From Spirogloea muscicola (taxonomy: Eukaryota), in contig WELB01000001.1 in assembly GCA_009602725.1 (NCBI GenBank), positions 573,267 through 637,266 of the forward strand: a stretch of DNA of 64,000 nucleotides, given 5' to 3'. Positions 27,138-41,400 of the stretch are shown piece by piece. The notes beneath the pieces are model-generated. The model was not told where the DNA came from and searched no databases. It saw only the letters and a list, made by a program, of their open reading frames with translations. A program made the position numbers and the translations under genes. Every line of letters starts with the position of its first letter. Position 1 is the first letter of the stretch.

Positions 27138-28611
27138 TCAAAAGGCAGTTATGTGGGATCTGTCATCTTCAAGAGCTTGCGTATGAAGATTAGGAGCAGA
27201 GAATTTCCGGCTCATCTGCCGCATGGCGGGCAGGCACATTATGTACAGGCCCCAGCACATGAAGGGGGCGACAATTGCCCACCCCAGTACCTGCGCAGAT
27301 ATTTATCATGAGCTGTGCATGAGATGCTTCGCCCCTAAGTTTGACCACCTTTAATTGCCTCACAGGAGGCGTTACTACATGCACGTCGCAATCATCTGAA
27401 TAATCCGCAGAGGAAGTGCAGAATAACTTGATGCCAGCAGGTGGCGCACAATCTCTTCAAGGACAACCTTCTGCAGATGTATACTTTGCTGGTTGGCAAC
27501 TCCACATGAACATGATCAAGGATCACAGAAGCCCTGACAAGACCCAATCTACTGACAAGCTCCTTGCTACCCGTACCATATGCAGACACAAGGCTGCAGT
27601 CATACCGCGTGAAAGAGTGCTTGCATGATGCTTCCACTGGCTTTACCAGTCAATGCCTTCCAAAGCGCATCTGGTGTCAATGAAAGGGATGGCGACCCTA
27701 CAATTGTCTCTCCTAGTCGCATATATGGAACAATCAAGCTGCAAAGCAAAAAACATTGTCAGCGTTATAAGGACTTGCACTCCACGAGCGTCACTACCTT
27801 GCCAAGAAGCTCCAGGTGATTCTAGATTGTTACCTCAGTTCCACAGGTGTTGCGACAACGTTGGCTATCATCATAATAGGCACATTGCACCGGGATCGCA
27901 TCAAGAGGGCAACACAGGCTGTTAGTGCAGCTGTGAGACCTGCAAGACACCGTTCACTACTACTGCATTGATCACTCGGACAAAGAAGCATCACAGACGA
28001 TCCAGAAAGCAACAAAAATGTGAGGAAAGCTTCTGATTGTAGTACGAGAACCACCAAGGGAGGAGATGACCACGACAAGCAACATCACGAGAATGAGTAC
28101 AGCGCCAGTGGCAGCATTGGGTTGGGTGCATACCGCAGATTGGGAAGACACCAAGGGTGAAACCAAGAGCCACAGACAGCGATAGCGTCTTAGGATCGCC
28201 TCCCCTAAGGTTTTTTTCCCACAACAGCGGTCTGTGTAAGTCAGCCACATTTAGGAGCTACTAGCCACCTCTGCATCATCTACGGAGCATAAGGACAAGA
28301 TGGGCACAGCTGATCCAAGTCTTAATGAAGACGTTGCTAGAAATCCTGCCTCACTCAGCTTGTAGTTGTGTGTGCTGGTGCTGCGCATTCAGGACAATGC
28401 ATGCTCGTGCAGAAGCAACAAAACTGGCGGGTGCAGAGGTGGCTCGGTCGGCGTGCAGGGCAGAGTGGCGCGGGGCCCACCTGCGCAGGATGGCGAGGGC
28501 GGGGTCCACGATACGCTGGCGCGCCCACCGGACAATCCACAGCCGCCGCCAGCCTGCCAGGAAGGCTGGCACATGGTGGCCGGGGTCAGCCAGGAACGGC
28601 ACGCCGGACAT
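27138..28611 (-). CDS. DUF2062-like membrane protein, 5 exons
   Basis: IVDPALAILRR|GGDPKTLSLSVALGFTLGVFPICG|..ANVVATPVEL|LIVPYMRLGE..ALFHA|VLGWAIVAPF..HITAF*. Confidence 0.8.
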
Positions 28612-29151
28612 GGCCCCCCCGCCTGGCGTCTGGCGGCGCCGCCGGCCCAGCCGAGCCGCCGGCNCTGGCTGCGGGGCGCCGCCGCGGGCCTCGGCGCGGG
28701 GCCGTGGGCGGAGCATGCCTGGGCCCGCGCCCCGGCCGCCTGCTTTCGGCTCGCGACGACGGGGTTTTGACGGTGGGAGCAGCTTACAAAGTGTGCCACT
28801 GGGCCCGTCACTCGGGGTGGCCGGCCCGACGTCGCGGTGGCAACGGTGTACTATGGAAGACTCGAATTTGGCCTCTTTGATTTTCATGCGCACCGGCGCC
28901 TTTCTTCTATGGAAGTATGCGCGCCCAAAAGCGGGCCAGGGCTGTGCATCAAGAGTTGCATGGGGTTATCACACCTGGTACATGGGCCGGGGAGAAGAAG
29001 GCGAGCGGTGCGCATCGAATAGGAGGGAGGCAAAAAAGCAAGCTAGTACACTGGCCAGATCTGTCAAGTACGAAGGCAAGCAAGGCAAAGAAAGGAAACG
29101 TGTGCTGGAGGGGAAAAGAAAGAAAGGGGGGTTGTGGCGCAGCGCTCGCTG

Positions 29152-29180
29152 GTGAGGTGAGGTGAGGTGAGGTGAGGTGT
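29152..29180. repeat. (GTGAG)n microsatellite
   Basis: gtgaggtgaggtgaggtgaggtgaggtg. Confidence 0.9.
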
Positions 29181-29847
29181 GGTGCTGTATTCTGGACTAG
29201 CCCACAGCACAACCTCCCAGTCTCTACGATCAGTCCTTGCCTTATTCTTCTATGGCGCTTTCTCATGTATGCCTCACTTCCCCTGTATTGGCCACTCACA
29301 GCCAGCCCCAATGTGGGAGGCCACCACCACATTGCTGAGCAAGCCTGTGCAGGCCACGATGCTCTAGAGCCATCACCAACCTATTCTCTGTCTCAACCTC
29401 TTCCGTACCTTTCCAGTGCGACTTGTGTTTGGCATGTGACTAGACCTCACAGCAGCTCTTCAAGATGAACATCTAATGTCCTTCCTGCAGCCTTCAATCG
29501 TGGCACCTCGTCTGCCAATTGTGTCGGGCCACTCTGTGGTTGCCTCCAGACCCATTCGCTCCTTGTTTCAGACCCACCTTCTACTTCATTACTGGCGCCT
29601 TACTGGCGCCTCGACATTAGCATCGCTTTGCACTGCTCTTACTATAATCCACCTTGACCGACCAAAGACGGGCCCACTGCCCACCTTCAAGGAACAGGCT
29701 GGCGGCTCAATGGCGTGAAGGCAGCTGACTCTCTGAATGGAGCAGCTTGCCAGACTCGGTGAAAGAAGAGGCCCTTTGCGGGCAACTGACATAAGAAGAC
29801 TTGAGCCAGGCGACTGTCACCCAGCCCGACGCTCTGCACACATGGCA

Positions 29848-31970
29848 TCAAAAGTCGGGCTTCCGGATGCCCCCAGTGGGAAATACAGGGGCTGGTCGCG
29901 GAGGTGTCCTTGTAGCACCTGCATTTACCACGGCAGCAAGGTGGCCGTTGGTGGCAGCTCGTGGGTAGCTCTCTGTGGCCACAAGGGCGGGCTGCTTTCG
30001 CAGCTGTGATGTGGGGCTGAGGACCGCCGCCGGCTGGCTCCACGCGCCGCTGCCACCCTGCTGCGTGAACACGTCGGCAGCCATGTCGGTGAGGTTCTGA
30101 ATAGGCCGCATCGTCTCAACCACGTCGCTCATCATTGGACGCGACTTAGGGTCGCGGCTCAAGCAGTGGTGCGCAAGTATGAACGCCTTCTGAGCACCCC
30201 TCACGGAGAACAGGCCTTCCAAGCGTGGGTCGATGAGTCGAAACAGCTTCCTTTTCTCTGAAAAGAATGGCTTCGCCCACTCCACCAGGTTTGTCTCGCC
30301 TGGCGGCCGATTCTTGTCCATTGACCGGCGCCCTGTCAGCATCTCCAGCAGAACAACACCAAAGCTGTACACATCGCTCTTGGACGTCAAGTGCCCTGCA
30401 GCAGTGTGCCATGTGCCACATCCTTACTCTCAGCAGATGGCAGCCAGCACACATACTGAAGAAGCAAAACGGTCAACGACGTGCTCAGGAGATGCAAAGC
30501 TCCTGGGAGAAGGATGCACAAAATGAATGTATACCTGTCATTACATACTCAGGCGCTGCGTAGCCATAAGTGCCCATGACGCGCGTGGAAACATGCGTCT
30601 TATCTCCCTCTGGCCCGTCCTTGGCTAGCCCAAAATCAGAGAGCTTGGAGGCCCAGTGCTGTGATAGAATGGACCAGGGCAAGCCGTCATTCTCTGCCAC
30701 AGCTTGCCTCTTCTTGCAAAACCGTGTGCCGAGCGAGCCAAATTTGAGTCATCTTAGTCGGAGCGGTTATACTCCGTGCCTTGGGGACAGTGTGCAGGCG
30801 CACCTCATCCAGGAGGATGTTGGACGTTTTGAAGTCCCGGTAGATCACCTGGCTCTCTGCTTCCTCGTGCAGGTACGCCAACCCCTTGGCAGCACCCAAC
30901 GCAATCTTCATGCGCGCCGACCAGGGCACTGGCGGCAGGTTTTCTGCGCACCGGCACATGCGAGGTGAATGTTGTCATTGTCAAGCCTCTGGCCATTATC
31001 AGCAATGCCAAATCTGTCTCACTCATCCTACCTGTGCAGCATCTGAGCAATCAAGACCACAGACGCACATGCACCGCCTTTCTGTTGCTTCAAACAACCT
31101 GGTACTTTCGATACTGATAGCCAGGCATACAGACAGGAGGCTATATCAAGTCCTCCAAACAGGACGAGGACAAATGAAGGTGAGGTGGAAGTGAGCTGCA
31201 CACCTCCAAACAAATGCGCCTCCAGGCTGCCGCGTGCCATGAACTCGTACACCAGCAGCCGCTGGTCGTCCTCTGCGCAGTACCCGATGAGGGTGACAAG
31301 GTGGGGGTGCTTCAGCGACCCCAGGATGTTGACCTCCGCCTGCCCTCGCACATGCGCAATGAACCACTTAGTGAAAGGTTCTCTTGACAAGACTCGGGCA
31401 GCTGAGACTTCAGGGCTGGGAAGTGACCTGGCCACACACACACACATTCCCTTGCATGCATCCCCCAGATGCCAACTAGACCAGCCGGACGTCAACGTCC
31501 TGCTCTTGGTCTCCGACACCAAGGCAATCGATGAGGAATTGGGTGCACAAGGCATGAGCTTCACTGCTGAGTGCTCATGGCGAATGCTCTCACCAGCCAC
31601 TCGGCGTGGCCCTGCACGCCCTCGGGGTCGAGCTGCTTGACGGCGACGAGCTTGCCCGAGGAGAGCCCCCGGCCCGAGGCGTCGGCGCCGTCGATCCACG
31701 CCTTGTAGACGACGCCGAAGCCGCCCTCGCCGATGCGGCAGGCCTTGTCGAAATTGCGCGTGGCGGCGCGCAGCTCGGCGAAGCTGAAGACGCGCAGGCT
31801 GAGGTTGGTGCGCACCCAGTCGGAGTCGGCGGAGTTGAGGCGCCCGCCGGAGCCCGACCCGCCCAGGCCACCGCCGCCGGCGGTGCCACCATTGCCGGGC
31901 CGGCCGTCAGGGGAGCGGCGGTGGAACGACGCGCCGGACGCGCTGCTGCTGGCGCGCGAGAGGCGGCGGC
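29848..31970 (-). CDS. Receptor-like cytoplasmic kinase, RLCK-VII (PBL/APK1-like); 5' end lost at N 31971
   Basis: [64 protein letters not shown]|..[44 protein letters not shown]. Confidence 0.95.
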
Positions 31971-31971
31971 N

Positions 31972-32106
31972 AGTGCTTCGTAGCTGCTTCGTTTCGTCGT
32001 AGCGCTTGTTGTTCTTCGTACTTCCCCTGGCCCTTTCTCGTCCTTTGTTCATTCTTTTCTGGGCTGGCTTTTTCCAGCCCCTATCCTCAATGGGCGAGCC
32101 CTTCTA
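31972..32106 (+). mobile_element. 3'-UTR-only copy of the RLE retroelement (type A)
   Basis: gtagctgcttcgtttc...ttcattcttttctgggctggctttttccagcccctatcctcaatgggcgagcccttc, closely matching 47300-47414. Confidence 0.75.
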
Positions 32107-32540
32107 TAAAGTAAGAGAATGAGAGAAAGGCGCGCGGGGCGCAGGAAATGAAAAGGGAGGCCAATTCAAGCCAATACACACTTCAAGCATGCCTGAGCTT
32201 GGATTCAGCCGTCTCCGATGGGGGCCAGGGGAAGCGCTAGGAGGGAAAGGAAAGGCCGCCAGTCAGGCGACGAAAGTGGGAGCCGGAGACTGCTGCGCGC
32301 CATCGGGCGCAGGCGGAGGGCAAACAGCCGCTGACAGGCTGCTGTCGGTGGCGGCAGTGGCAAGCGGCGGCGGCGGCGGCGGCGGCGACGGCGGCGGCGG
32401 TGGCGGCGGCGTGGGGGTGGGAGTCGCCGGGGGCAGCGTCCACAGCACTCACACGACGCGGCTGTCCGGACTACAACGACGCTGTACGGCCAGCTGGGTG
32501 CCTACAGACGGTTGTTCGGAGCCACAGGCTCAGGCAAGCA

Positions 32541-32850
32541 GAAGAAGAAGAAGAAGTGGTACTCCCAATGGGGGCAAGGGCTGCGAAAAGCCAGCCCAAA
32601 AGAATTGACAAAGGTTCGAAGGGGCCTAAGAGCGTTGAGCAGCTACAAAGGGGCCTGCAGATGCGTTGGGAAAAACAGGGGGAGGATGGATCACTCAGTA
32701 ATTACGAGTGAGGAGCCTCAGATCCGACAGACTAGCTGCCGGGAAGCTATCACCCTGACGAAAGCCAGAGGCCGCAGCAAGAGCACGGCCAGCACGCAGA
32801 TGCAGAGCGTGGGCCATGGACCGCTGGAGGGACACTGGCAAACAGGGCAC
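32541..32850 (-). mobile_element. 5'-truncated RLE retroelement with (TTC)n tail
   Basis: SLQRSMAHALHLRAGRALAAASGFRQGDSF..SDLRLLTRNY*; 3' UTR colinear with 12270-12470; tail read as GAAGAAGAAGAAGAAG on the + strand. Confidence 0.85.
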
Positions 32851-34223
32851 TCTTGGTGACCCCGTATCACCTCTAGGAAGTCGGATGAGCTGAGGGGACG
32901 GCCTTCCGAGGGGGGGCCAAGCAATGCAATGCAAAGCAAATGAAGCAAAGGGGTTAATGGCAGCGAGCCGCCGGTGGGGCGACGAGCCGTCGCTGGCACT
33001 CAAGCGCGGCCGCCAAGTTCGTCCCGGCCTCGGCTGGCGGCGGCCAAAGCGGAGGCCGAAAGAAAGGCCGCTGGTGAGAAGAGAGATCGAAGGCGTGCAC
33101 CGTGCGCGTGAAGTGAGTAGGAGGCTAAGCCGAGCCCAGTGAGCCCAGTGAGCCCAGTGAAGTCCAGGCCAAAAATCAATGCAGTGGCTGACTGACGCTA
33201 CCATGACTGAGGCTACACAAAGCAAGGGAGGGGGAAAATGTGTGTCCGCTTGAAGACGAAGCGACGAGCTGAGCGAGGTGAGGGGCCAAGGTGCCTGCAT
33301 GCTATCCTGGAGTGGGAGCCGTCAGCTGCGGCGCTAAATCTCAAATCCTACACCTAAACAAGCTGCTTCATTTTCTACGATGCTTGTTGATGAACAAAGT
33401 GGTCGTGGTGGCGGTCATCAAAGTAATGAACGCTCTTCCAATGTAAGGCAATGGATGCGATAAGCCAGCCCAAAGGAATGTACAAGGGCAGAAGCACTGC
33501 GCGTCCGTGGAAGTGCCGAGCTACTGGAACCTGCTGCCCCGCCCACTGCAACCGGGGCACTCAGTCGCTGCTCACCTGGGGCTCTGCGTGGACTTTGTCT
33601 AATACTCTGAGCTTGCCTTTCACCAGCCACTGCCTCCTTCTGGAAGAGCTTCTCCCTGATTTTCGTTCTGTTACATACGCATCGTTCTGTTACATAAGCA
33701 CCTCATTTGATTCTTAGTTCTTCTTACGAATAGTCCTGGCTTGCTTTGGCCTCCCTCTCCTTTCATGTACACCGCGGGCCTTCTTCCTCCACAAGTGGCC
33801 ATTGGCCATGACTTGCCGCCTCCGGGCTGCCCTCTTCCCTGCTCGCCTGCTTGGGCTGCATTGGGTCTCCTGACCACCTCCGTGCCTCCCACTCCAGCGG
33901 GTCTCGAAACTGGTGCATGCTCCCACTTTGGTAAGACAGAGCTTTCCGACTGCTGCTTCTCGCCCTTCTCGCAGCTGCACCCTTTGATTGCTTTCAATGA
34001 GTTCTTTGTACTACTCTCTCCACCAAGTCTTCTGAACTCACCACTGCGCGGGACTGCAAGTTGTCATTAGCATCACTGTGGACCAAGGGCTCACCTCTGC
34101 CAGCAAGGCGTTTGACTACTTCGTTGCTGTTGCTGGGCTCACCAGATCTGGCGTACAATCAAGCATTGGCCAGTATCTGGTGGCAGGCACGAAATTATTG
34201 AGCTGAGGCAGGCTCTAGCCCAT

Positions 34224-36253
34224 TCACAGAGGGCCACATTGATCTGCTGAAGCGAGCTCAGCTGCTGTGCTGGAGCTGCAAATGGCAAGCACCTCTTCCC
34301 CGCAATCAAAGCCTGTATCATGGTGCATCTCGCTCAGCTCAGAAGGAGGCTGGAGGACCTTGCTTGGGTACTTCACCGACACGAGGCAGAGGCCGTGTGC
34401 AGGAGCTGATGGTGTCTGCAATGCCAGCTGGACCCGGTCTCGCGACTGCAGCAGCTCCATTACAGTGCGGGTACACGCTCTGCCCCGTCCAACATCGACG
34501 AGCAGGCCAACCTGGGGAGCAGCGACAGTGGTAGTCCAAAGATTCTCAGAGCAAGCACTTGACAATAGAAACATCTCCTGCAAGGCTCCATCAGCTCTTG
34601 CAGCAGACTGGGGCACGGTGCCACACCAGCTCATCCAGAATGCTATGCACCATGTGAGACCAAATTCTATCGGCTACTTTTGCTGGAAAGACGCACCATG
34701 TTGCGGACTTGCTTATAAAGGAAGCCCGAACCCGAGATCTCAACACGCAGGCTTCCACCTCCCTGGACGGCACATTGCAGAGTCGTCACTTAGTCGACCA
34801 GCGAAGAGCATGCTGACAAACAGCAACAGTACGGTGGCGTAACAGAGACAATTATGAAGTAGCCCGTGTGGTATGCAGAGGGCTTGCGCAGCTACTTATT
34901 GGCAATGGCACTGGCTGCTGACTGGCACAAGACTTACCTCGTCCACAATGTCGAGCTGAGTGACGTGGCGGACTGGCCGGCGTCTCTTGTTTGTTGACTG
35001 ATTCGCAAATGTTGAGAAGTCGTGCTCACCAACAAATATACGAGCAGCAAGTCGCATTGACTCCAAGTCTAGCGCTTCAGTCACGTGCATGGAATAGAGG
35101 CGCCTGGCATGCACACAAGGCCGAGCAGGACATTGAGCACCATGTGTAAAAGAATGACACTCAGCTGCTTGCTCAGGAGCTATGCTATTGTTCTTAAGGT
35201 GCAGACTTACAGGACGTCCATTCTACTTTGGCCTAATACATCATGAGCTACTGCAGACGCCCACCTGCAGGGATCCATGACCGGCGCACAGAGGATGGAG
35301 TAGTGGTAAGTCTTGGCCAGGGCATGCAGACGGGCGTGAAAGTCGGGTGCGGCGGGTGCGACCTCCAGTGCACGGATGGCCTTGGGGAGCAGTGCGTTGA
35401 GGGACTTCAGAGCCCCAGGGCAAGTCAGCTGCTTGGACGTGACGAAGCTCACGACCTGAGAAGGTGCAGCGTAGGCCTTCAGCCACGGCTCGTTGGCTGA
35501 CTGTGTGTGTATATAGAGGGGTACGGGCTGCAAGCGAGCTGCGACCAGATAGTGGAAACCCCAAAGTACCTGACCTCTCGCGTGCACGCCCGCGTCGGTG
35601 CGCCCGGCCGCTGCAACGCGGAGGTCGTCACGCGACTGCCCCGTGAGCGTCACCAGCACGGCCTCCACATGGTGCTGCACGGTCACCGGCCGCCGCTGCA
35701 GCTGCCAGCCTGCCAGCACGACCGCCACCGAGAAGGCGTCACGACGGCGACCAAGACCGAACCTCGAGACCAAGTTGGGACTCGTCTGACGAGCCTTATC
35801 AGACTGTCGCTCGCCGCCCACGGCAACATGTTCCACAACCGGCGGCGTTGTCAGCCAGTGTGGCACCGGGGGTGGCGCACCGGCGAAGTCCGTGCCGTCG
35901 TAGGCCAGCGTCAGACGGTACTTGAAGGCCGGCGGACTCGCCGCCGCCGCCTTTGCCATCGCCGCTGCCCCGTCGTCCCCCGCAGTACCGAGTGTAGCCT
36001 CGGGCATGTAGCTGCCTTCGCCATCGCTTCTGCTGCCTTCGCCATCGCTTCTGCTGCTGCACTGGCGCGCCGCGGCAGCCGATGATCGCCGTGACGGAGT
36101 CCCATTGCCGCGATGAATGGCGCGGCGGAGCTGGGCCGGCGAGGCGCTTCCCGGCCCGACGCAGTGGCGCTGCCGGCTGCGCTCTGTATCCAGGCGCGGC
36201 TGGCGGGACGGCAGCGGGCCCGCGAGGAGCGCAGCCGCCGCTGCGGCCGCCAC
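34224..36253 (-). CDS. truA: tRNA pseudouridine synthase TruA, probably organellar; start uncertain (N at 36264)
   Basis: YRLTLAYDGTDFAG|WQLQ..AAGRTDAGVHARGQ|VVSF..LNALLPKAIR..FHAR..KTYHY..GEHDFSTF..GSGFLYKQVRNM|VGLL..SAPAHGLCLVSVKY. Confidence 0.92.
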
Positions 36254-36286
36254 GGCGGCGGGCNCTGTGCTGGCCCCGACGCGGCC

Positions 36287-37870
36287 ATGGCGGCCGTGGC
36301 CGCGCCCTCAGCGGGCCTCGGCCTGCCGCGCCGCGGCCTCGAGGCGGCGGTCGCGGCGCGGCATCCTCTGGCGGCAGTGGCGGCGGCGGCGGGAGGAGCT
36401 GCCCGTGGTGGCCTTCGTGTGCCATGGTCGCCATCGGCACTGAGCTGCTGCTCGTCTTGGCGCCCGCTGAGCGAGTCCCCGAGCGGCATTGACAACAACG
36501 GGACATTGGAGCCGTCGGCTTCTCCTCGTAAGCGGTGGGCGCAGGTCGTCGCCTCCAGCTCCAGCGCCGGCAATCAGGACAGCCATGGCCATCAGGACGG
36601 CAGTCGCTGGTTGGCCGGCACCTTGGGCCCGCCCGCCGTGGCGCTGGGCCTCGCCGTGGCCCTCTGCCTCGGGGCCCCAGCGAGGCCGAGCCTCTGGGCT
36701 GGCGCCGCGACGCTGCCGCCGCCGGGTGGGGAGCCGGTGTCGCCCATCATCGATGCAGCGCACGTCTTCTCCGACGCCAAGCTGGCCGAGCTGGCGGCAC
36801 AGGTACGACCGCTGTGCCCTCTCAAGCGATGCTTCGAAACGCCGGCAAATCATGGAGTCGTGTAGAAAAGTGGCTTCTGGTGGCGGCCGACGCTTGGCGG
36901 ACGGGCGCTTAAGCGCATCTGTGAGGCTGCCGCCTCGATGTACTCAATGTGCATGCATGCGAGCTGCAGGGTATCATCTGTCTCGCGCCGTCGTTAGTGG
37001 GACCGCTGCCCTCCTGCCTTACTGCCGTCGCAGCTCTCCGCGGTCTCAGCTGGACGCCTTTGAGCGGCAGTCCGGATGGGAGATCCGCGTGCTCACCCGT
37101 GCCAGCGCTCGTACGGCTCCCTCGGGCGACGTAGTCCGGGCACGCTGGCGGCCTGGCGAGCGCACGGTTGTTGTCATTGAGGACGTGACTGCGCCCAACG
37201 TTCTCAACTTCAACACGGGTGGCGCCGTGCGTGCCAAGCTCCCGCGGCAATTCTTTGTTGAGCTGCAGAATCGCTATGGCAACCAGGCACGTACCACTAC
37301 CTGCCGCTTGTCGCTACTATCGTTGGCCTGACTCATGTTCACAGAAAATGATCTATTTGTTAGACTACAAAGTAAGCAGGATGAATATCAGAGATGCTGC
37401 ATCCCGCATTCAGCCCTTGGCTTGCTCATGCGGTGCAGTTCTACGTGCGGGAGGAGGGCGAAACGCAGCCGGTCATCAGGGTCAGCGAGGCGCTGCAAGA
37501 GTGCCTCAGCAAAGACGAAGGTTGTCAGAATGTGCCGGGCGTGACTGAAGATCTCTACTTCCTCACACTTGCTACGTCCATTGCTGGCGGCGCCGTCTTT
37601 GGGTTCGCCGCCAGGGTGCCGCCTTCTGGCCGGGTCAACTCCTCCCTCCAATGGGTTCTCGTCTTTGCACCTCTTTGGGGCATCCTCTTCCTGTCCCTCG
37701 GCATCCTCCCTATAATCTCCAGAACTTCGAATCTTGAGCCTGTGCTCAAGAATACTGCCGCCTTTCTCGGGGCCGCGGCGGCTCTCTATTTGACTCCAAT
37801 ATTTGGCCAGCCACCCGGCTTCTCGCAAGGGCTGACAAGGTCTGACACTGAAGACCGACCTGAAAAATAA
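36287..37870 (+). CDS. TPM-domain thylakoid protein with C-terminal membrane segments, 3 exons
   Basis: Bipartite-like leader, PIIDAAHVFS..|LDAFERQSGWEIRVLT..NVLNFNTG..LPRQFFVELQNRYGNQ|FYVREEG..GCQNVPG..WVLVFAPLWGILF; intron 2 (37287-37438) is GC-AG. Confidence 0.85.
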
Positions 37871-38496
37871 GGCTGACAACTGTCTGCTGACATGCACTGT
37901 TGAGTCACATGCTGTCTGGCACTGCTATGCTTAAAGTGAATGTCGTGCATCTTGTAAATTATCAAATTTGACACCACCGCATGACCAGGTCGTCAGTGGC
38001 ACTTGTCATTATACTGTGCCCTTTCACCCTCTCAGAAATGAGCAGTTTCATGCTGGTAAATGGTGCGAATATGCTAGTAGCCACTATGCAATATCTGGCA
38101 GTCAAGACTTGCAAGGTGCCCTTTCACTCCTGCATGAAAATGCAACCAGGTAGTCATCCACTCAGCTGGATAGCACAAAGGGCAGTTTACTTCATGTGCT
38201 GTGATCTTGTGACAGCTGCAGAGTTTTGATGCCTCAGATTTCCTCTCTGCATATACAGCTACATGGGTGCAGATTCAGCAGCATGATGCAATCCTGCAAA
38301 GTACAATGTTTGTATGTGCATGTGGATCAAGCAGAGAGTGCCAACTGAGCAGTGCAGGTGACATTTTGAAGCCATCAATGGTAGCACATAAAGGGCTTCT
38401 AAGAAGGGAAGAATGTGGACGCAATGGCAAACATCTCTAGTGTCCAGGTTCGAAGTGGGTACAAAAATGATGAGCTCGGTCAAGCCTGCAACCACC

Positions 38497-41400
38497 CTAC
38501 GACTTGAGGGTGGTCTCGATGAGCTTGCGCGCCACAACATAAGGATCCACATTGGCTGCAGGTCTGCGGTCCTCCAAATAGCCCTTGCCTTCAATGGCAC
38601 AGGGGCGAGGGATGCGGATGGATGCACCTCTATCAGCCACACCAGACCTGTCAATCATAATAAGCCTCAGTCAATATTTGGCTTGCAGCTGGAAGCACAG
38701 GAACATCAATCTGCAACTTGACTAACTGGCAGTATGATGTAGACATGGGACTTGGCTGACTGCAACAGCAGCTCCTTTTGTGATAGGTAAGGAGGTCACT
38801 GAGACTGCTGCCCATCACTTATTGGATGCATTGGACTGCTTCTGAATTCATGAGCCAGGAGTCCCTTGACCTTGGTAGGAAAACCCGACAGATCTGTCTA
38901 CATCAAGGCCTGTCACTCTAGGTGTCATTGTGATCAGCACTTTGCCTGCCTCAGTCGTTCAGCAAGCCAAGCTTCTCAACATTGTGCAACCTAAGAAGCA
39001 TAACATACTGGGTGTTGCTTGGGACCACGTGACGAGGTTTAGCAGAGTCTAAGAGATGCTAATCTCCTAAAGCTGCAGACGCTGATAGACTGGCTGACAG
39101 CAAATGAGCCCCTTGGATCACTTTAGCAACACCTAGACGCTTGGTAACAGAGCAAGTTAATTTTGTAAGTCCTGTGCTTTCGGGAGGTTAGGTCAACACA
39201 CTAGAGTCTAATGTCCTGGTATTTGCAATTAGCTTGTCATCCTGGTTGCAGTCTGATAGTGGAGTAAGCAATAGTGCAATGGTATGAGGCTTCTCGAGAC
39301 CTCACTTGAACGTGTTGATGTTGGCTGTCTCATGCTTGCCTGTCAACCGGCGCTCATTACCAATGCCGTAGACAGCAATGTGCTCAGCATGCTTCTTGGA
39401 GAGCTTCTCGATGGCAGCTTCAATGGCCTGCAGCACAGAGGACTTGCAAGGTCTTCGGCCTTAGTTTGTAGGCCCTTGCACATTTAATAGTTCTGAGCAA
39501 GTGACAGAAGCATTGTGAGGTCCTCAAATGAAGGCAACTATGACTTAACCTGTTTTGTCCTTTGACAGCGTCCTTTTGCAATGAGGTGGATGACAGGGTT
39601 TGCCTGTGAAGAAGTCTGCACAATTCTTTCAGTTCAAATTCGTCATACGGACCTTCATTCCACCATCGTTGCGCATGGACTTAGTAGAATAGTTGGTGTG
39701 TGCACCGGTACCATTCCAGTCACCCTCCATGGGCTTCGGCTCGAAAGTGCTTGTGATGCCGAAGTCCTCACCCAACCTGCAAGGATAACTCCATCAATCT
39801 TCACCATTTGCCATGTCAAGTCGAAAGCAGCAATTGCGCATCTGGCTTTCGAGCACTTGATCCACCGGGCTCACAATGCAGATGAGAGAAACAACTCAAT
39901 GACCAATCTTCTATGATTGTGGATCCAGGCTTCTCTCGGATGGCCTCATAGTCTCAGCTCAGTCAATGTGTGAGGTTGTCAATCTTGTACCAGTGATAGG
40001 TGGAAAGGCCACCTACCTATGCAAGAGCCATCGGGCGATCATTACATGATCACCGACCTCAAGAGGACCAGCAGGACCAATCTGAAACTCCCATTGACCA
40101 GGCATGACCTCAGCATTGACACCACTAATCTTGAGTCCTGCCTGCGAAAAGATTTTCACAAATGGTACAATATTAGTACGGTCCGGCCAACAAAAGTGTG
40201 CCTGCATCACTATCCTACCCCATGCTTTACACCACACTTACAAGGTCTTCTAATAGAATTGTCTGACCAAGCCTGCCTGCAGTATTCTCTGCTTGAAGGC
40301 GGTCTGGATGGAAATAGGTTGTGCTTATCACACCATATGCAGCTCATGAATCTAACACCTGCTAAAGCCTCCTGCAAGCCGCTCATATCAAGGTATACCT
40401 TGATGCAGGCATCCATGTGTGCTTCAACAAGTTGACGCCCATAGACAGACTCCAGGCCCACTCCGCAGTAAAATGGTCCCTGGCAATTTGCTCATATGCT
40501 CAGTAGGCAGCTTGACTGTAGAGAGCATTGAATAAGTAGACTGCCGTGTTTTTAGCCCTCATGAGGGATAAGTACAGTACCTATACTGCTGTCAATCTGT
40601 TCAATGCAAAGATATCAGATGCTCCAAGAGCTGAGCAACTGAGACGTCAGCTCAGCTCAACAACGCCCGTGCAGTGACACTGGACACGCATTTGACTTCG
40701 GATTGCCTATGCAGGTAAAGGAACCTGTCCAGCTGACCTGGGGAGCAGGGTATCCAGCCTCAGGCCAGCCAAATGGCCTGCCGTTCTTGCCAAACATGGT
40801 GTACTCCTGTTCAAAGCCGAAGAGCGTCTCTTCCGCCAGCACATCCGGACTAAGGATCTCCTGCATCTTCCGGCGGGTGTTCGTAGTGTGGGGCTGCAGC
40901 GAGAGGACAAGGCGTGCTAAAATGTTTAACACACTTGTGACATGATGATCAGATTCCATGCCCTAGTGAAGGTGAGCTCTTGTAACCCTCCTCTCACATT
41001 GAAGCACCAGTTTGAGGGGGGCACTACTCATCAAGCTGGTGCAAAACCCTGACTGATTGGTATAATTGCTTGCTCGGTTACTGCTTTACCAACAGTGATG
41101 TGGCAAAGTACAAGCTTTTCATGGCAAAATGCTGCGCAAGTGTTGGATGTCAGGCACTGAGGATGAGCCTCTGCGGCTGCACCACTTACCACACCAGTCG
41201 CCGTCAGGACTTCGCAAAGGACAAGGACATTGTTGTCGCCGCGGATGGGGTCAGGACAAGAGAAGACAGGGTTCAGGATGCAGTCAGAGTCGCCTCCCTC
41301 AGCCTGCCCAGTGCTGCCAAGAGAATGACGGAGCAAGCCCACCACACGTCACAAGTGTTGATCTGATTGGCAGCTTCGACCTCCCATATCAGATGTTTTG

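Noticed and set aside
36013..36058. 21-bp tandem duplication in the truA leader (SRSDGEG x2)
   Set aside because: Ordinary in-frame slippage in an unconstrained targeting peptide
36253..36287. truA and TPM genes apparently head-to-head with almost no spacer
   Set aside because: N at 36264 hides sequence of unknown length
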